DNA of 64,000 nucleotides. Source: Octopus sinensis. Its lineage: Eukaryota. The DNA is taken from NCBI RefSeq assembly GCF_006345805.1, contig NC_043008.1, positions 38,750,001 to 38,814,000 on the forward strand, in the 5' to 3' direction. Under the pieces are notes generated by a model, which saw only the letters and a list, made by a program, of their open reading frames with translations, searched no databases and had not been told where the DNA came from. A program made the translations under genes and the position numbers. Positions 1 to 12,887 of the stretch are shown one piece after another. Every line of letters starts with the position of its first letter. The stretch's first letter is position 1.

Positions 1-227
1 TAGCCCTTTCATTACCAAACTGGCTGAAACTGCCTCTGGCTCTGAGTACAAATGTCTTGTTTTCATAAGTTTTGAATTAAAACCTTCCACCAATCCTTAG
101 TCACAATTTATGTTCCTAACACTAGCTGAATGATAACTAAATTATTTTACTAAATTCTTTGTTATATTTAAAGTAATTGAAAGAAACACTTAGCATCTCA
201 AAATATATACAGTAACGAAAGGGTTAA
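1..227. mobile_element. piggyBac-like MITE
   Basis: Terminal inverted repeats (t)agccctttcattacc at 1-16 and gtaacgaaagggttaa at 212-227; right end closes on TTAA, the piggyBac target; no coding capacity. Confidence 0.55.
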
Positions 228-576
228 AATATTTTTGTGGATCTCCAATATACTATTTTGCTGCATGGACCTCAAAAAATCTTACATGACCCCTCAGAGG
301 CCAAATGGAGCCTGGTTGAGAACCACTGGTCTAACCAATCAATGGTACTCAGAAATAGCCATGATATGTGTGCCACCTGTTCAAAGGTATAAAAGGGATT
401 GGACAAAGATCTCTGGACTGCAGACATTTTGTTGTGTGGAAGTAGAACGCCCCTATTGGTTGGCTCCTAATAGACTGTGCCACAATATAAATGGACATAT
501 GCAGAGAGCCTTTGGCACAGAGTAAAGTCAAGATTTGAGTATTGTCGAGGGTTATTACCAGTATTTTGAGTAGAAC

Positions 577-810
577 GGTGGTGAGCTGGCAGAAACGTTA
601 GCATGCCGGGCGAAATGCTTAGCGGTATTTCGTATGCTGCTCTGTTCTGAGCTCAAATTCCGCCAAGGTCGACTTTGCCTTTCATCCTTTCGGGGTCGAT
701 AAATTAAGTACCAGTTATGCACTGGGGTCGATGTAATCGATTTAATCCGTTTGCCTGTCCTTGTTTGTCCGCTCTGTGTTTAGCCCCTTGTGGGTAGTAA
801 AGAAATAGGT
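577..810 (+). mobile_element. tRNA-derived SINE, family A
   Basis: Head GGTGAGCTGGCAGAAACGTTAGC with B-box-like GAGCTCAAATTCC; central GTCGACTTTGCCTTTCATCCTTTCGGGGTCGATAAATTAAGTACCAG (resembles the Meta/Sauria-type SINE core, from memory); the same unit recurs at least 10 times in the window. Confidence 0.85.
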
Positions 811-1767
811 ATCTTGAATAGAACAATTTGTGAGGACATTATTATTATTGCGTTATATCGTACATCGAATGTGCAATGCAACACCTTTCAAGATTACCTA
901 AGGACAGTCATCATTTTGTGGAATAGATGTGCAAGGGTAGCAGCTGACCAAATCTGATGGAAGAAGTTTGCCACCCAGTACCTCTAAAGGTAAGTGTAAA
1001 AGCACAAGTACAGAGGTAATTGACTAATCTGTTCCCTCAAAATTGTCAGCTTTCTATCTAAAACATAAACAAATATTTATAAATATTCATTATCATTTAA
1101 ACTTGAAGCATCTATTTTATAAAACTATGTTCAATGCGCAGGTAAGGCGGCTGACTTGGTTCGCTCACATAGTTTCTTTGTATTCAGAGGTTAAAGAGCC
1201 ATTTGTTCTCTCAGTGTGCTGACCATTTCACAGGTACTCAGTACAAGTGTCTTCTGGTGCACAGATCACTCCAGAGCAGTTCGTGACTGTGGTAACATGT
1301 TGATCATTTGTATGCTCTACAGAATAATATGAAAGAAAAATACTTAGGCTCAGTGTTGATACTTTTCTTTTCAAGAACTCACAAATGAAAAGCATTCCAA
1401 CATTCCACACCAGCAATCACTGTCCCTCATTAGCTTTGGTAATTTCTCTATTATAAAGTAGTTGAGTGATTTTTATCCTCAATTGGGGTGGAGAATTCTG
1501 AAATTTGGCTGACGTTTATTCAACTCATAAAATGAAATGCCAACCATTTTTTAAAGATTTTAGGTAAAAAGTGACTGAAAAAAAGCAACTATTTTGAAAA
1601 TCTGCTTACTATGACTGTATTTAATTTAAATGCCAGAGTATATATCATTAAACATCATCCTTCACATCATCTTCATCATTGTTGTCATCATCTCATGATT
1701 GCCATCATCATCATCATCATCATTGTATCATTGTCATTGTCCCTCTCATCACTTTCATCATTAACAT

Positions 1768-1862
1768 TCATCATCATCATCATCATCATTGTTTAACGTC
1801 CGCTTTCCATGCTAGCATGGGTTGGACGATTTGACTGGGGACTGGCAAACCAGATGGCTGCA
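1768..1862 (-). mobile_element. SINE/RTE-tail family D, 3' fragment
   Basis: (CAT)n followed by gtttaacgtccgctttccatgctagcatgggttggacg, the same end seen at 11048, 15660, 21320 and 25243. Confidence 0.7.
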
Positions 1863-4445
1863 AATGTTTAAAGACTGTTGATTATGCTGGATGGACCAAC
1901 ACAATTTTTGTCTGCTCCCCATTCAGAGCTATTTTTCTCCTAGATGGGATAGGAAATCATACCCTGATCATACATTTTATCTCACCATGTTTTCTAGGGC
2001 TGGATGCTCTTCCTAACACCAACCCCTTTACTGAATACAACTTACCTTGGCATCAGCATTTGAGAGGTTGTCATGTCCTCAATAAGGCAAGAGTAAGATT
2101 CCTCTCAACTCTACATTTTCTTCACTCATTCACATTGTATCCAATTTTAGTATTTGAAACAAAATAATTGCATGTGGATAATTATTCCATATTTGTCTTG
2201 GGGAATGTTACGTGAAAATGCACTCATATTCAATCCAGAATGGGAGAATTCAGTTTGCAACTGCTCCACCCAGAAAAATACCAACTATTTTGAAAGTCTG
2301 AAGAAGAAAGAAGACATGCACCCAACACCAGAGCTGAAGACACTTCCGAAAGGGGGGGGACCTGCCACGTGAAAATGGTAGAGGAGTAGGGGCTGAAACC
2401 GGACATGGTTCCTCCTGAGGATGTCTTGAGATAACTGGATCCTACAAAGGAGCTGTTGTAGTAGCAGACCACGAAACATGGTTGAAATTCCTCCTCTAGA
2501 ATGAGAGAATTCAATTTGCAGCTGCTTCGTCCAGAAATGTTATATCCTTTATAGATTCTGTTGTATTTATGATTTTGAAATTAATGACAAAGGGAGAATT
2601 TTCAATGGTTAATGCTCATTAAGTTCTCCCACCACATCACATAATTAAAAAAAAAATTTTTTAACGATAAATTTATTTAAAATTTTTTATATATAACTTG
2701 GCCTAATATTGGATGTATTGAATTATTTCAGCAAGTCCAGTTTCTTTGCTAAATCGAACTCTGTAGCTATCAGTGATTATTTTCTTATTAAATGACTCCT
2801 GCTTCTAACAGATAAGCATTCTGTACCTCCCCCACCACCATCCACCATCGCTGCCACCAACATTACATATCTTTACGCTTTCAAACCACCCGTCTTTTAC
2901 AAGTAACATTAATTGATCTTATTTGCTCAGGAGAAACAAAATAATAAGAGTAAAAAAAAAGGAAATGCCAGAGTAAAATGTATCAAGACAGCAGATTGAA
3001 AAAAAGAAGCATACGAAAATATGGATATATATATGTGTATATATATATATATATATATAAAAAGGAATAATGATAAAATTCAAGAGTAGATATGTTGCCT
3101 CAAGGGAAATTATTGCTTATTTCCAATATGGTAATCTCTATGGAATTGGCAACCCTCCTACACATGCAGACACAGAAAGAAAGCAAAGCAAAAAAAAAAA
3201 AAAGGTGGGGTGGAATGAGGAAAAGGAAAAAAAGAAAATTAGAAGATTCGAAAGTGAAAACAAAATTAGAAGGTTATAAAAATTCCAACCACTAATACTT
3301 GCTGTTTGAAACTGGTTTTATACCAAACAAGATATTCTATTCTAAATGCATATTGTAAGTAGTTTGACATTTTTAGCAAAAAAAAATTTCACTGTCCTCA
3401 TTTTAGCTTTCTGAAATTCTTCCTTCTCTTTTTCTATATAATTATCGTTTTTTTTTGCAGCCAACACAAAACATTGTTTTTTATTCTTAACTCTCAGATG
3501 ATCAGGGATATAAAGTATAGCAATCTCTACTATGAAGAAAATATGATATGCAGTACTGTCTTGAGGCAGGACACTGGATGCCTACTCAAGGATCCTCATA
3601 GACCCAGAAGCTCAATGCTAATATATTTATGTTGCAATTTGTTGCTTGTTCCTTCTTGAGTCATGCCTGGTTCATAAGGGCTGGTTTCTTGGTTTCCTTG
3701 GCGTATAGGTTCCCCACCTGGATGGGATGTCGGTCTGTCACGAGTGAGCTGCCAGATGCAGGAGGAAAGAGTGAGAGAAAGGTGTGGCGAAAGAGTTAGC
3801 AAAGGTTCACTTTTACCATCTGCCAAAAAGGCAGTGAGCTGGCAAAAATGTTAGTACACCAGGTGTAATACTTAGCTGTATTTCATCTGTCTTTACATTC
3901 TGAAAGAATTATTATAATCAACTGTTTCTTTTTCATAAAATGCAATTAGCAGCAAATTAACAGAGTCATTAGAACATTGGATAAAACACCTTGTGGCATT
4001 ATTCTAGTACCTTACATTGTGAGTTCAAATCTCACTAAGGACTTCTTTGTCTTTCATCTGTCTGGTGCTCATAAATAAAATACATGTCTAGCATGAGAGA
4101 CTGGCAGAAATATTAAAGTATTCAGTGGGGATGTCATATGGTGATTCATCTGACTCTTAACTTTCCAGGTTCAAACCTGACTGTGGCTATCTTTCAGGGT
4201 AAATTTAATCTTTTGCTCACTATTCTCTGACACACAGGGAAACTTTAGATGAAAGATAAAGGCTACCAGATGAAGATATATGAAAATGATAAAATATTTT
4301 TGAAGCTCTGATGAGGTTATAGAGTGTTATGTACAAGCATTCGACAATGAGTGCATCACATCTTATTGCAGAAACTGCTGTAAGCTAATGAAGTTCTTGA
4401 AACAATTTCTGATTCTCTTGTCATTTTAATTTCTTATTGCATGTA

Positions 4446-4505
<60 letters not shown>

Positions 4506-5512
4506 CATATATATATATACAGATATATATACATAATATATATATATACAGATATATATACATATATATATGTGTGTATATATATATATATATACACACA
4601 TATATATACATATATATATATGTGTGTGTGTATATATATATATATGTATATATTTGTGTGCGTGTGTGTATATATACACACATATATTTAAATACACACA
4701 CACACCACTCTCACCACATGCACACATACACACACACATAAAATACTCATAAATGAACATTTGGCATTATGAACATCCTTCCGAGATTTTGAAATATTTC
4801 AAATTAATTGACAATTAATAATCACATGATTAATGTCTCTATGAGTCGGAGGGTGCTAACAGAGCCAGAACTAAGTTCCAGATTTAGGTGCATTATAAAG
4901 ATGAGATTTGAAGTTCTTTCATTCTCTCTTCTCTCACTCCCTCTCTCACTCCCTCTCTTTGTTTCCATCTCTGTCTTTCTCCCTCTCTCTTATTTTGCTT
5001 AGGTCAGCAAAATATGCTTCTAATGCCAATTTATTGATTGATTCACTAAATATTCTTAAATTAAAATAACGTTTTAAATCTCAATGCTAATCCATTCCTT
5101 TATCCTTGTTTATGCTATCCATCAGATTGAAAAACCATTTGGGTGCATAGTTTCCAAGTAAACCATATGAGAAAGAAGATAGGAAAAATTACAGAGAAAA
5201 CTTGTAAAAATCTCAATAAGTTTATTTAACACTAAACAACATACTTTGGAACGGTTATCTTAATTTATTCAACATAGCTAACATCAAAATAGCTACCAGC
5301 TTACTGACTGTTAATGTTAAGTAATGTAGCATTAAATACAGATTGTATATGCCAAGTTTTAAAATAGTACAAAGCAGCAAAACGTAAGCCTACTTAACTA
5401 TACAAGAGATGTTTACTCTTTAAAAACCTCATCTAAGGAATACGACTTTAAGCCTTTCAAAATATGATAATCCCTTCGTGGAAGTAAAAAAAAGGAAATT
5501 TAATCAGTACTC

Positions 5513-5941
5513 TTACTCTTTTACTCTTTTACTTGTTTGAGTCATTTGACTGCGGCCATGCTGGAGCACCGCCTTTAGTCGAGCAAATTGACCCCAGGAC
5601 TTATTCTTTGTTAGCGTAGCCAAACCGCTAAGTTACGGGGACGTAAACAAGACAGCTTCAGATGTCAAGCGATGTTGGGGGGACAAACACAGACACGCAA
5701 ACACACACGCACAAACACACACACACACTCATGCATGCACGCACACACACACACCACATATGTATATACATATATATGACGGGCTTCTTTCAGTTTCTGT
5801 CTACCAGATCCATTCACAAGGCTTTGGTCGGCCCGAGGCTATAGTAGAAGACACTTGCCCAAGGTACCACGCAGTGGGACTGAACCTGAAACCATGTGGT
5901 TGGTAAGCAAGCTACTTACCACACAGCCACTCCTGCACCTA
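5513..5941 (-). mobile_element. tRNA-derived bipartite SINE, family B (internal CA/TA microsatellite)
   Basis: Reverse strand starts GGAGTGGCTGTGTGGTAAGTAGCTTGCTTACCAACCACATGGTTTCAGGTTCAGTCCC, contains CCTTGGGCAAGTGTCTTC (CORE-like) and ends in (AAAGAGT)n; at least 12 related copies in the window. Confidence 0.85.
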
Positions 5942-6346
5942 TCAAATATTCTTCTAATAATTTAACTTCATAACCATTTTTACATGCACTAAGTTTGTAA
6001 GTGATGAAAAATAAGAAAATTATACATATATATATATGGTGTTGAATAGATATACTATTAAATTAGTATCTAATTCTCTCACCCTTATTAATTAATTATA
6101 TATATATATATATACATACATGCATGCATACATATATATATATACGACAGGATTCTTTCAGTTTCTGTCTGCCAAATTCACTCACAAGGCTTAGGCCAGC
6201 CTGAGGCTACAGTAGATAACATTCGTCAAGCCATGCAGTGGAACTTAACCCAAGACCATGCGACTGGGAAGCAAGATTGTTACCTAATAGTCAAAACAAG
6301 CTAAGTCTCTGTTAGAAGTCAGCAAAACTTTTAGTTGCATGGATCT

Positions 6347-6880
6347 GAGTACCTGACAGTGGCTCTCATGGCTTCTCATCCTAAATGACTGGAAATGTTA
6401 TCATGTACATGTTTTGTCTTGGTATAAAAGATGGGCTGCAGCAAATATTCTGCTCAGTACCACAGATTTACTTCTAGGTTGTTTGACCATAACTAGTTGA
6501 GCATGTCCCTTAGTGGCTGACAATATGTGCATCTCTGATCATGAGCAGTGGGGGAGCATCATAGCCATGTGTTGAGAGGAATTCTTTGGTGTTTGGATAA
6601 TTCATGTCTGGAAACATGGGTGTTCCATTCATCATTCTTGAACAAACCTTACTCAGGGACTTTTTGATCAGGAGGTGCTGCTCAGATAATTGAAAAATAT
6701 TCTACCTGGGCCCCACCTGCAAGGTCATGCATTGTTTATGTAAATATGAGATCACTATTTCGTGCACATATGGTTGTGATGCATGTGCCTGGTGTACCCT
6801 TATCAGACAGGTAGTCATAATGAGTATATTCATCTTTGTATATTTGTACCACAATGTCACTTTGATAGTATGCATTATTC
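6347..6880. mobile_element. Interspersed repeat family E (possibly an RTE LINE 5' region)
   Basis: About 500 bp, clearly homologous to 55386-55827 (ggtataaaagatgggct..cagcaaatattctgctc..ccttatcagac); class assignment is inference. Confidence 0.65.
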
Positions 6881-7045
6881 TCTCAATCAACCAATCAATT
6901 AATTATAACAATAATATATACATACATGCATCCATACACACACACACACAGGTGTAAGTGAAATTTACAGAAAAACAAAAGACAAAAACAGGTGCATGAA
7001 CAAGAAACAGGTGTATTAGTTTGATGCTTGGGAAAGTGAGAAAGT

Positions 7046-7080
7046 CTTTTATGTTTCGTGCTTATGCTCTTCAACAGAAA
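7046..7080 (-). ncRNA. Degenerate HHR motif, CUGUUGA family
   Basis: Reverse strand ttt CTGTTGA a GAGC ataa GCAC GAAA cat aaaagac; a decayed copy of 61862-61899. Confidence 0.4.
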
Positions 7081-8129
7081 GGAACATGAGGAAATTAACA
7101 GAGAGAATATAATAACTTGTGGATTTAGCGATCAATCATGGTGACTCAGTGTATATTTTGGTGTATATTTTACAACACTTCTGGCATTCCTTATACTGAG
7201 CCAGTATCACCTTATGGCACCAATTTATAGCTATATAATGGGAGCCATTCAAAGATAAATGTCTTTCTGTCATAGACATCTACTCTGGTATAGAAAATGC
7301 CAATCTTTCCACTATTAATCTAATTTTCTAATTACATTATGGCTACTACAAGATAACTAGCAATATATAAAACTCTCATGGCAGCAAGTTGTCAGAATTG
7401 TTAACACTTCAGACAAAATATTCAGTGGCATTTTGTCTGTCTTTATGTTCTGAGTTCAAATTCTGTTGCAGTCGACTTTGCCTTTCATCTTTCTGGAGTT
7501 GATAAATTAAGTGCCAGTTACACACTAGGGTTGATGTAATTGATTTATCCTTTCCTTTAAGACTGCTTGTCTTTTGCTAAAATTTGAAATCAATACATAA
7601 AGCTCTTAGCCTGAATAGTGACATACATAATAACTATCAATGCTACCATGGGTTCCAGTCAACTGTATACTTTCATTGTACTTGTTACTATAAGGTGTAA
7701 TGAGCCATCAAGATGAAAGTGTTTTCTAGACATAAGAGTAACTGTGATTCCATGATGTTAAATATTGACCCCAAGGCTAAAATCTGATATCATATAAACT
7801 CATTATTTCTCTGACTCCGGTGCCTACTGCTGAATATTTAAACATTGTAAACAAGATACATGTCTGCAAATATCTCAAGATTTTACAGATAAATGTACCC
7901 TTCAGAATTTACTCTTAGCAGGGTACCATTTATTATTTAACAGGAATTCTATTAATTTATTCTTCATTTCTTCATTTACGGAAAAATTAAAAGATATCTG
8001 ATATTATGAAATATATGTAAACATATATGGGTGTAAATGCATTATAACGTATGTGGATGTGTGTGTATGTATATGTACATGCATGTATGTATGTGTGTGA
8101 TTGAGTGTATATGTGATGGTGTGTGTGTG

Positions 8130-8160
<31 letters not shown>

Positions 8161-8527
8161 ATGTGAGCTGATAATGAGGCTTTCGGTTTAATAGATCTAA
8201 ACTAATATCAATACGATTTAATAACTTATTATGTAAATAACCAAACTAATTTGCATTTGATTTTCATCAGATAAAATTAAATCTGTCAGCCGCTGTAATG
8301 ATTAATTTTGCTTCCAATCAGTCAGATTGAGAGCAAAATATCGATGGAATATCAATGAAGTCTGCCAATTTTAATCGAGAAATTGATCGATAACAAAAAA
8401 AATGTTCCACACACAGGGTTTGCTGACCTGTTTGCCATGGGAGTCTGTGAGCAAAACTAAGAGTTGGCGTCAGACGTTCGCTCAATAAAACCAATAAACA
8501 CCATTTTCTAGCCTTCACCTCTCTTAC

Positions 8528-8536
8528 GCTGAATGC
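8528..8536 (-). CDS. Candidate 9-nt microexon (or start of a terminal exon reading GIQRKRGEG* or HSA*) of an unidentified host gene
   Basis: Reverse strand gtgaacTGCcttcttcttttcag|GCATTCAGC|gtaaga; strong acceptor, plausible donor, non-repetitive flank. Confidence 0.35.
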
Positions 8537-8975
8537 CTGAAAAGAAGAAGGCAGTTCACATTTCCCTTTTTATATTCCATTATTATATTATACGATACAT
8601 ATATTTATCCTCATGTATATATATATATTTATATATATATATGCATGTGTATATGTACATATATTTATTATATATATATATATGCATGTATATATACATA
8701 TATATATGTATATATATTTATATATTATGTATATATGTGTATATATGTATATGTGTATAGCATGCATGTTTATGTGTGTGAGTGTGTGTAGATGTATGTT
8801 TATGTATGTATACATGTTTTTAATCTATAGATTGCCAAAGAAGAAAAAAAGCAGTCTTGTGCTTAAAATTTGCTTATTGTTCTCATTGTTTGATTCTGTT
8901 GCTAAACTTGGTTTTAACTCCTCATGCAAGCCCTACTTAAAATAAAAATCTAGTTCAATTTACATTATGAATTAC

Positions 8976-9015
<40 letters not shown>

Positions 9016-9057
9016 TTAATAATAACAACAATAATAATGATGATGATGATGATGAGG

Positions 9058-9090
<33 letters not shown>

Positions 9091-10788
9091 GTTAAAAGAA
9101 AAAACACTAATTATGTTTGAACGCATATCATATAATTGCAGGCGCAACCACTCACCCCCACCCACCCCCGCGCACATACACACATATAAATATATAATGT
9201 TTGACTGAATATTATTTTTATCAATATTGCAGTAATAACATCAGTTTAATAGAAAATATTTAATATTGGATGATGAATATTCATTTTTTTTTGTTTGTTT
9301 GTTTGGTTTTACTTATTTGTTTTTTAACAGATGCAAAGTAATAATAACAAACAAAAAAATATACATATAAAAAAAAAGGAAATTAATTGGAACAACACCA
9401 CAAAAATATAAATTCCCAAAGAAGAAGAAGAAGAACATAATAAACCCCAAAAATGTCAGGTCCACCCAATAGTTAAACCTTGGATGTTGGGAATAATTAG
9501 AAAAAAAAAATCTATGAAAATGTTTCAGGTATAAATCTAGTTAATAATAATATATTCTCATTTGAAATTTTAACAACCAAAACTAGCTTCCTTTTTGTTC
9601 TCTATCCATAAAATCATTTTTTAAAATACCTTCCTTGTTTCCTCTCCCTCCATCTTTTGCTCCCCCTCTCTCCTTTCTCTCTCATTATTGCTCGATTTTC
9701 TATTTCTCTCTCCTGTTTGTTCATTTATAGAAATAACATGTGGCAGATACGAGGAAAAATTTTAATAAAAGAAAAAAAACGAAAAATATGGAAGAAATAT
9801 AACAAATTAAAAGTTTATAACAAAACACAAAAATATATGCAAACAAGCAAAGGTATTAACTTTGAGATAATTTCAGTTCAATGGCAAAAAAAAAAAAAAA
9901 ATACATACATGTAAATAAATACATGCATACACAGACACACACATAAATACATATAAATAAATATAATAAATATAGATACAAATAAATGCAATAAATATGT
10001 ATATAAATAAATTACAATTTTTATAGTTTTAATCACAATTTAGCTTTCTGACATTTAAATATGTATATTTGATCAGGTTAGTGCACAGGTTAAAATCAGA
10101 ATTAAGGTCCTGTTTCATATTTCGGTCTCTTCTGCAAGCCTCAGTTTTATTAATTTATTTATTTATTTGTTTATTAATATATTTATTTATTTATTTGTCT
10201 ATTTATATATTTATTCATTAGTGGTTGTTGGATTGTGTATTTGTTTAAAAATTCTTATACTTTACAAAACTGCGCATGATAGGAATAAATGGTAACAGTA
10301 CAAATAAAAAAAAAAAACTAAACAAACAAGTGAGGTAGTGAAACGAAAAACAAAAAAACAAAAACAAACATTGATTGATAAACAAAAACAAAAAAGAAAA
10401 AAAAACAAAAAAGTAAATGTATTCGAGTATACAAGTCTGTATGGAAAACAAGAATAAATAACTAAAAAAAAAACTGCATTATTAGTGTTTTAAGTAGAGA
10501 ATATTTTTTTTTCTTTCCACTCTTTGACTACCGACATTTAATGTTTGCAGTTGATATTTCAAAATGTCAACTTTCCAAGTGACCTGTGATATATAATGTT
10601 TTGGTCGTCTCCACAAAATGAAATACAAATGGTAAAGTATCTAAAAAAAACTTTTGCAGCTAGATACAAAGGTTTAACAATGAAAACAGAAAAAAAACAA
10701 AAAAAAAAAAGAAACCCCAGAAAATATTTCGGTAAATATCATGAAGAAATATGATTGAACTAACTACAGAATTTTATTATTCCCTAAC

Positions 10789-10834
10789 CTGTTGATGACA
10801 GCAGCTGAAGGTGGAAATCGAGCACATGATATCA
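10789..10834 (-). CDS. Candidate 46-nt exon, unidentified host gene
   Basis: Reverse strand cttctaattatattctctag|TGATATC...CATCAACAG|gttagg; open frames read ISCARFPPSAAVIN or DIMCSISTFSCCHQQ; no protein match recognised. Confidence 0.35.
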
Positions 10835-11047
10835 CTAGAGAATATAATTAGAAGATAGCAGGTTACAACTATTAGTGTGTATCTATCTCAATGGGTCAAC
10901 AGATTAAAAATATGCTTAAATTCTACCTTATTTAACCTTCTGCCTAGTCTCAGTGTCATATGTAGCACACAGGACAAATTTCCCTGGCATCCATGCATCA
11001 TATATGATATACATCCCCAAACAAGGGCTAATGTAAATGTGTGGGTA

Positions 11048-11480
11048 TCATCATCATCATCATCATCATTTAACGTCCGCTTTCCATGCTAGCATGGGTT
11101 GGACGGTTCAACTGGGGTCTGGGGAGCCCGAAGGCTGCACCAGGCCAGTCAGATCTGGCAGTGTTTCTACAGCTGGATGCCCTTCCTAACGCCAACCACT
11201 CCGAGAGTGTAGTGGGTGATTTTATGTGCCACCGACACAGGTGCCAGATGAGGCTGGCGAACGGCCACGCTCGGATGGTGTTTTTATGTGCCACCGACAC
11301 AGGTGCCAGATGAGGCTGACGAACGGCCACGATCGGATGGTGTTTTTACGTGCCCAGAGCACGGAGGCCAGTCGATGGGGTACTGGCTACGGCCCGTTGG
11401 ATGGTTTTCTTGTGTGCCACCGGCACTGGTGACCGCAAAGATACAAATTCCATTGATGTTCATCTATTTTGATTTGATTT
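11048..11480 (-). mobile_element. SINE/RTE-tail family D with an internal ~62-nt tandem repeat
   Basis: Reverse strand GGTTGGCGTTAGGAAGGGCATCCAGCTGTAGAAA motif and (GAT)n tail; 3-4 internal units starting tttatgtgccacc. Confidence 0.8.
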
Positions 11481-11495
11481 GATATATATATATAT

Positions 11496-11790
11496 ATCAC
11501 GTGATCACATGACCGACCAGACCATCAGATGTTGTTACACATCGCTGGTCACAATGCTTTTGCCTTCGAATGATGCCACCCCGCTGGCTAAGCGAGCAGG
11601 CCAACAGAAGAAAGAGTGAGAGAAAGAGTGGTGAAGGAGTACAGCAGGGATAACCACCCCCTGCCGGAGCCTCATGGAACTTTTTAGGTGTTTTCGCTCA
11701 ATAAACACACACAACGCCCTGTCTGGGAATCGAAACCGCGATCCTACGACCGCGAGTCCGCTGCCCTAACCACTGGGCCATTGCGCCTCC
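11496..11790 (-). mobile_element. tRNA-derived SINE, family C
   Basis: Reverse strand GGAGGCGCAATGGCCCAGTGGTTAGGGCAGCGGACTCGCGGTCGTAGGATCGCGGTTTCGATTCCC (A and B boxes); homologous to 30710-31020. Confidence 0.85.
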
Positions 11791-12053
11791 GGGACTTATT
11801 ATTTGTAATCAAGTACTTATTTTATTGGTCTTCTATGGAACTGCTAAGCCACAGGTGGGGGGAGGCATAAACACACCAACATTAGCTTCTTTCAGCTTCC
11901 ATCTACCACATTCACTCACAAAGCTTTGGTCAGCCCAAGGCTATAGTAGAAGAACACTTGGCCAAGATGCCATGCAGTGGGACTGAACCCAGAACCATGT
12001 GGTTGGGAAGCAAGCTTCTTACCACACAGCCACGCCTGCACCCATATATATAT

Positions 12054-12086
<33 letters not shown>

Positions 12087-12199
12087 GTGTGTGTATTAAT
12101 ATATATATGTATGTGTATATATATATATGTAATATATATAGTATATATAATATATATATATAATCTATATATATATATATATTTATTCAACTGATTTCT

Positions 12200-12370
12200 C
12201 AATATGTGACCGCGTGTGTCGTTGGTGATTTTCTTTCTCCGTTCCCTTCTTTGGACTTTTTCTATATTTCTTTCTTTTCTTTTCTTTCCTGAGCTTCCAA
12301 TAACACTCTACTTATTCCAAGTCCTCGCGTTGTTGTTTTCTCTTGCTTGTTCATGTTTGGATTGACTATA
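12200..12370 (+). mobile_element. Penelope-tail-like repeat, copy with the HHR segment deleted
   Basis: Colinear with 16880-17090 but lacks the ttgacga..gaaacgtt segment; embedded in (TA)n. Confidence 0.5.
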
Positions 12371-12394
12371 CATATATATATATATATATGTTTT

Positions 12395-12840
12395 AACTTT
12401 TACTTGTTTCAGTCATTGGACTGCAGCCATACTGTAGCACTGCATTGAAAGGTTTAGTTCAGCAAACCGACCCTGGTATTGCGATTATGTCTCCTATTTA
12501 TTCTATGGTCTCTTTTTATCAAACGGCCAAGTTATGAGGACATAAGCCTAACATGCCAGATGTCAAGCAGTCATATAGGGATAGAGACAACGCACAAACA
12601 AACACACATGCACACACATATTTCTCTCTCCCCTCTCTCTCTCTCCATATATATACCTACATGTATATACACACATACGCACACACAATGAGCTTCAAGT
12701 ATCTGGCTAACAGATGTACTCACAAGGCTTTGGCTGTCTCGGACTATAGGAGACACTTACAAATGGTACTACACAGAGGAACTGAACCTGGAATAATGTG
12801 GTTGAGAAACAAACTCTTACCACCTACCTATGCCTGCACC
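12395..12840 (-). mobile_element. SINE family B, diverged
   Basis: Colinear with 5513-5941. Confidence 0.7.
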
Positions 12841-12841
12841 T

Positions 12842-12887
<46 letters not shown>

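Noticed and set aside
235-525. 96-aa ORF
   Set aside because: No recognisable domain; overlaps a hAT-MITE-like end (ggttgagaaccactg at about 315-329).
4421-4760. ORFs rich in Y/I/C/V/H/T here and throughout (e.g. 13936-14356, 45431-45985)
   Set aside because: Translations of (TA)n/(CA)n/(CATA)n microsatellites, which lack stop codons in several frames.
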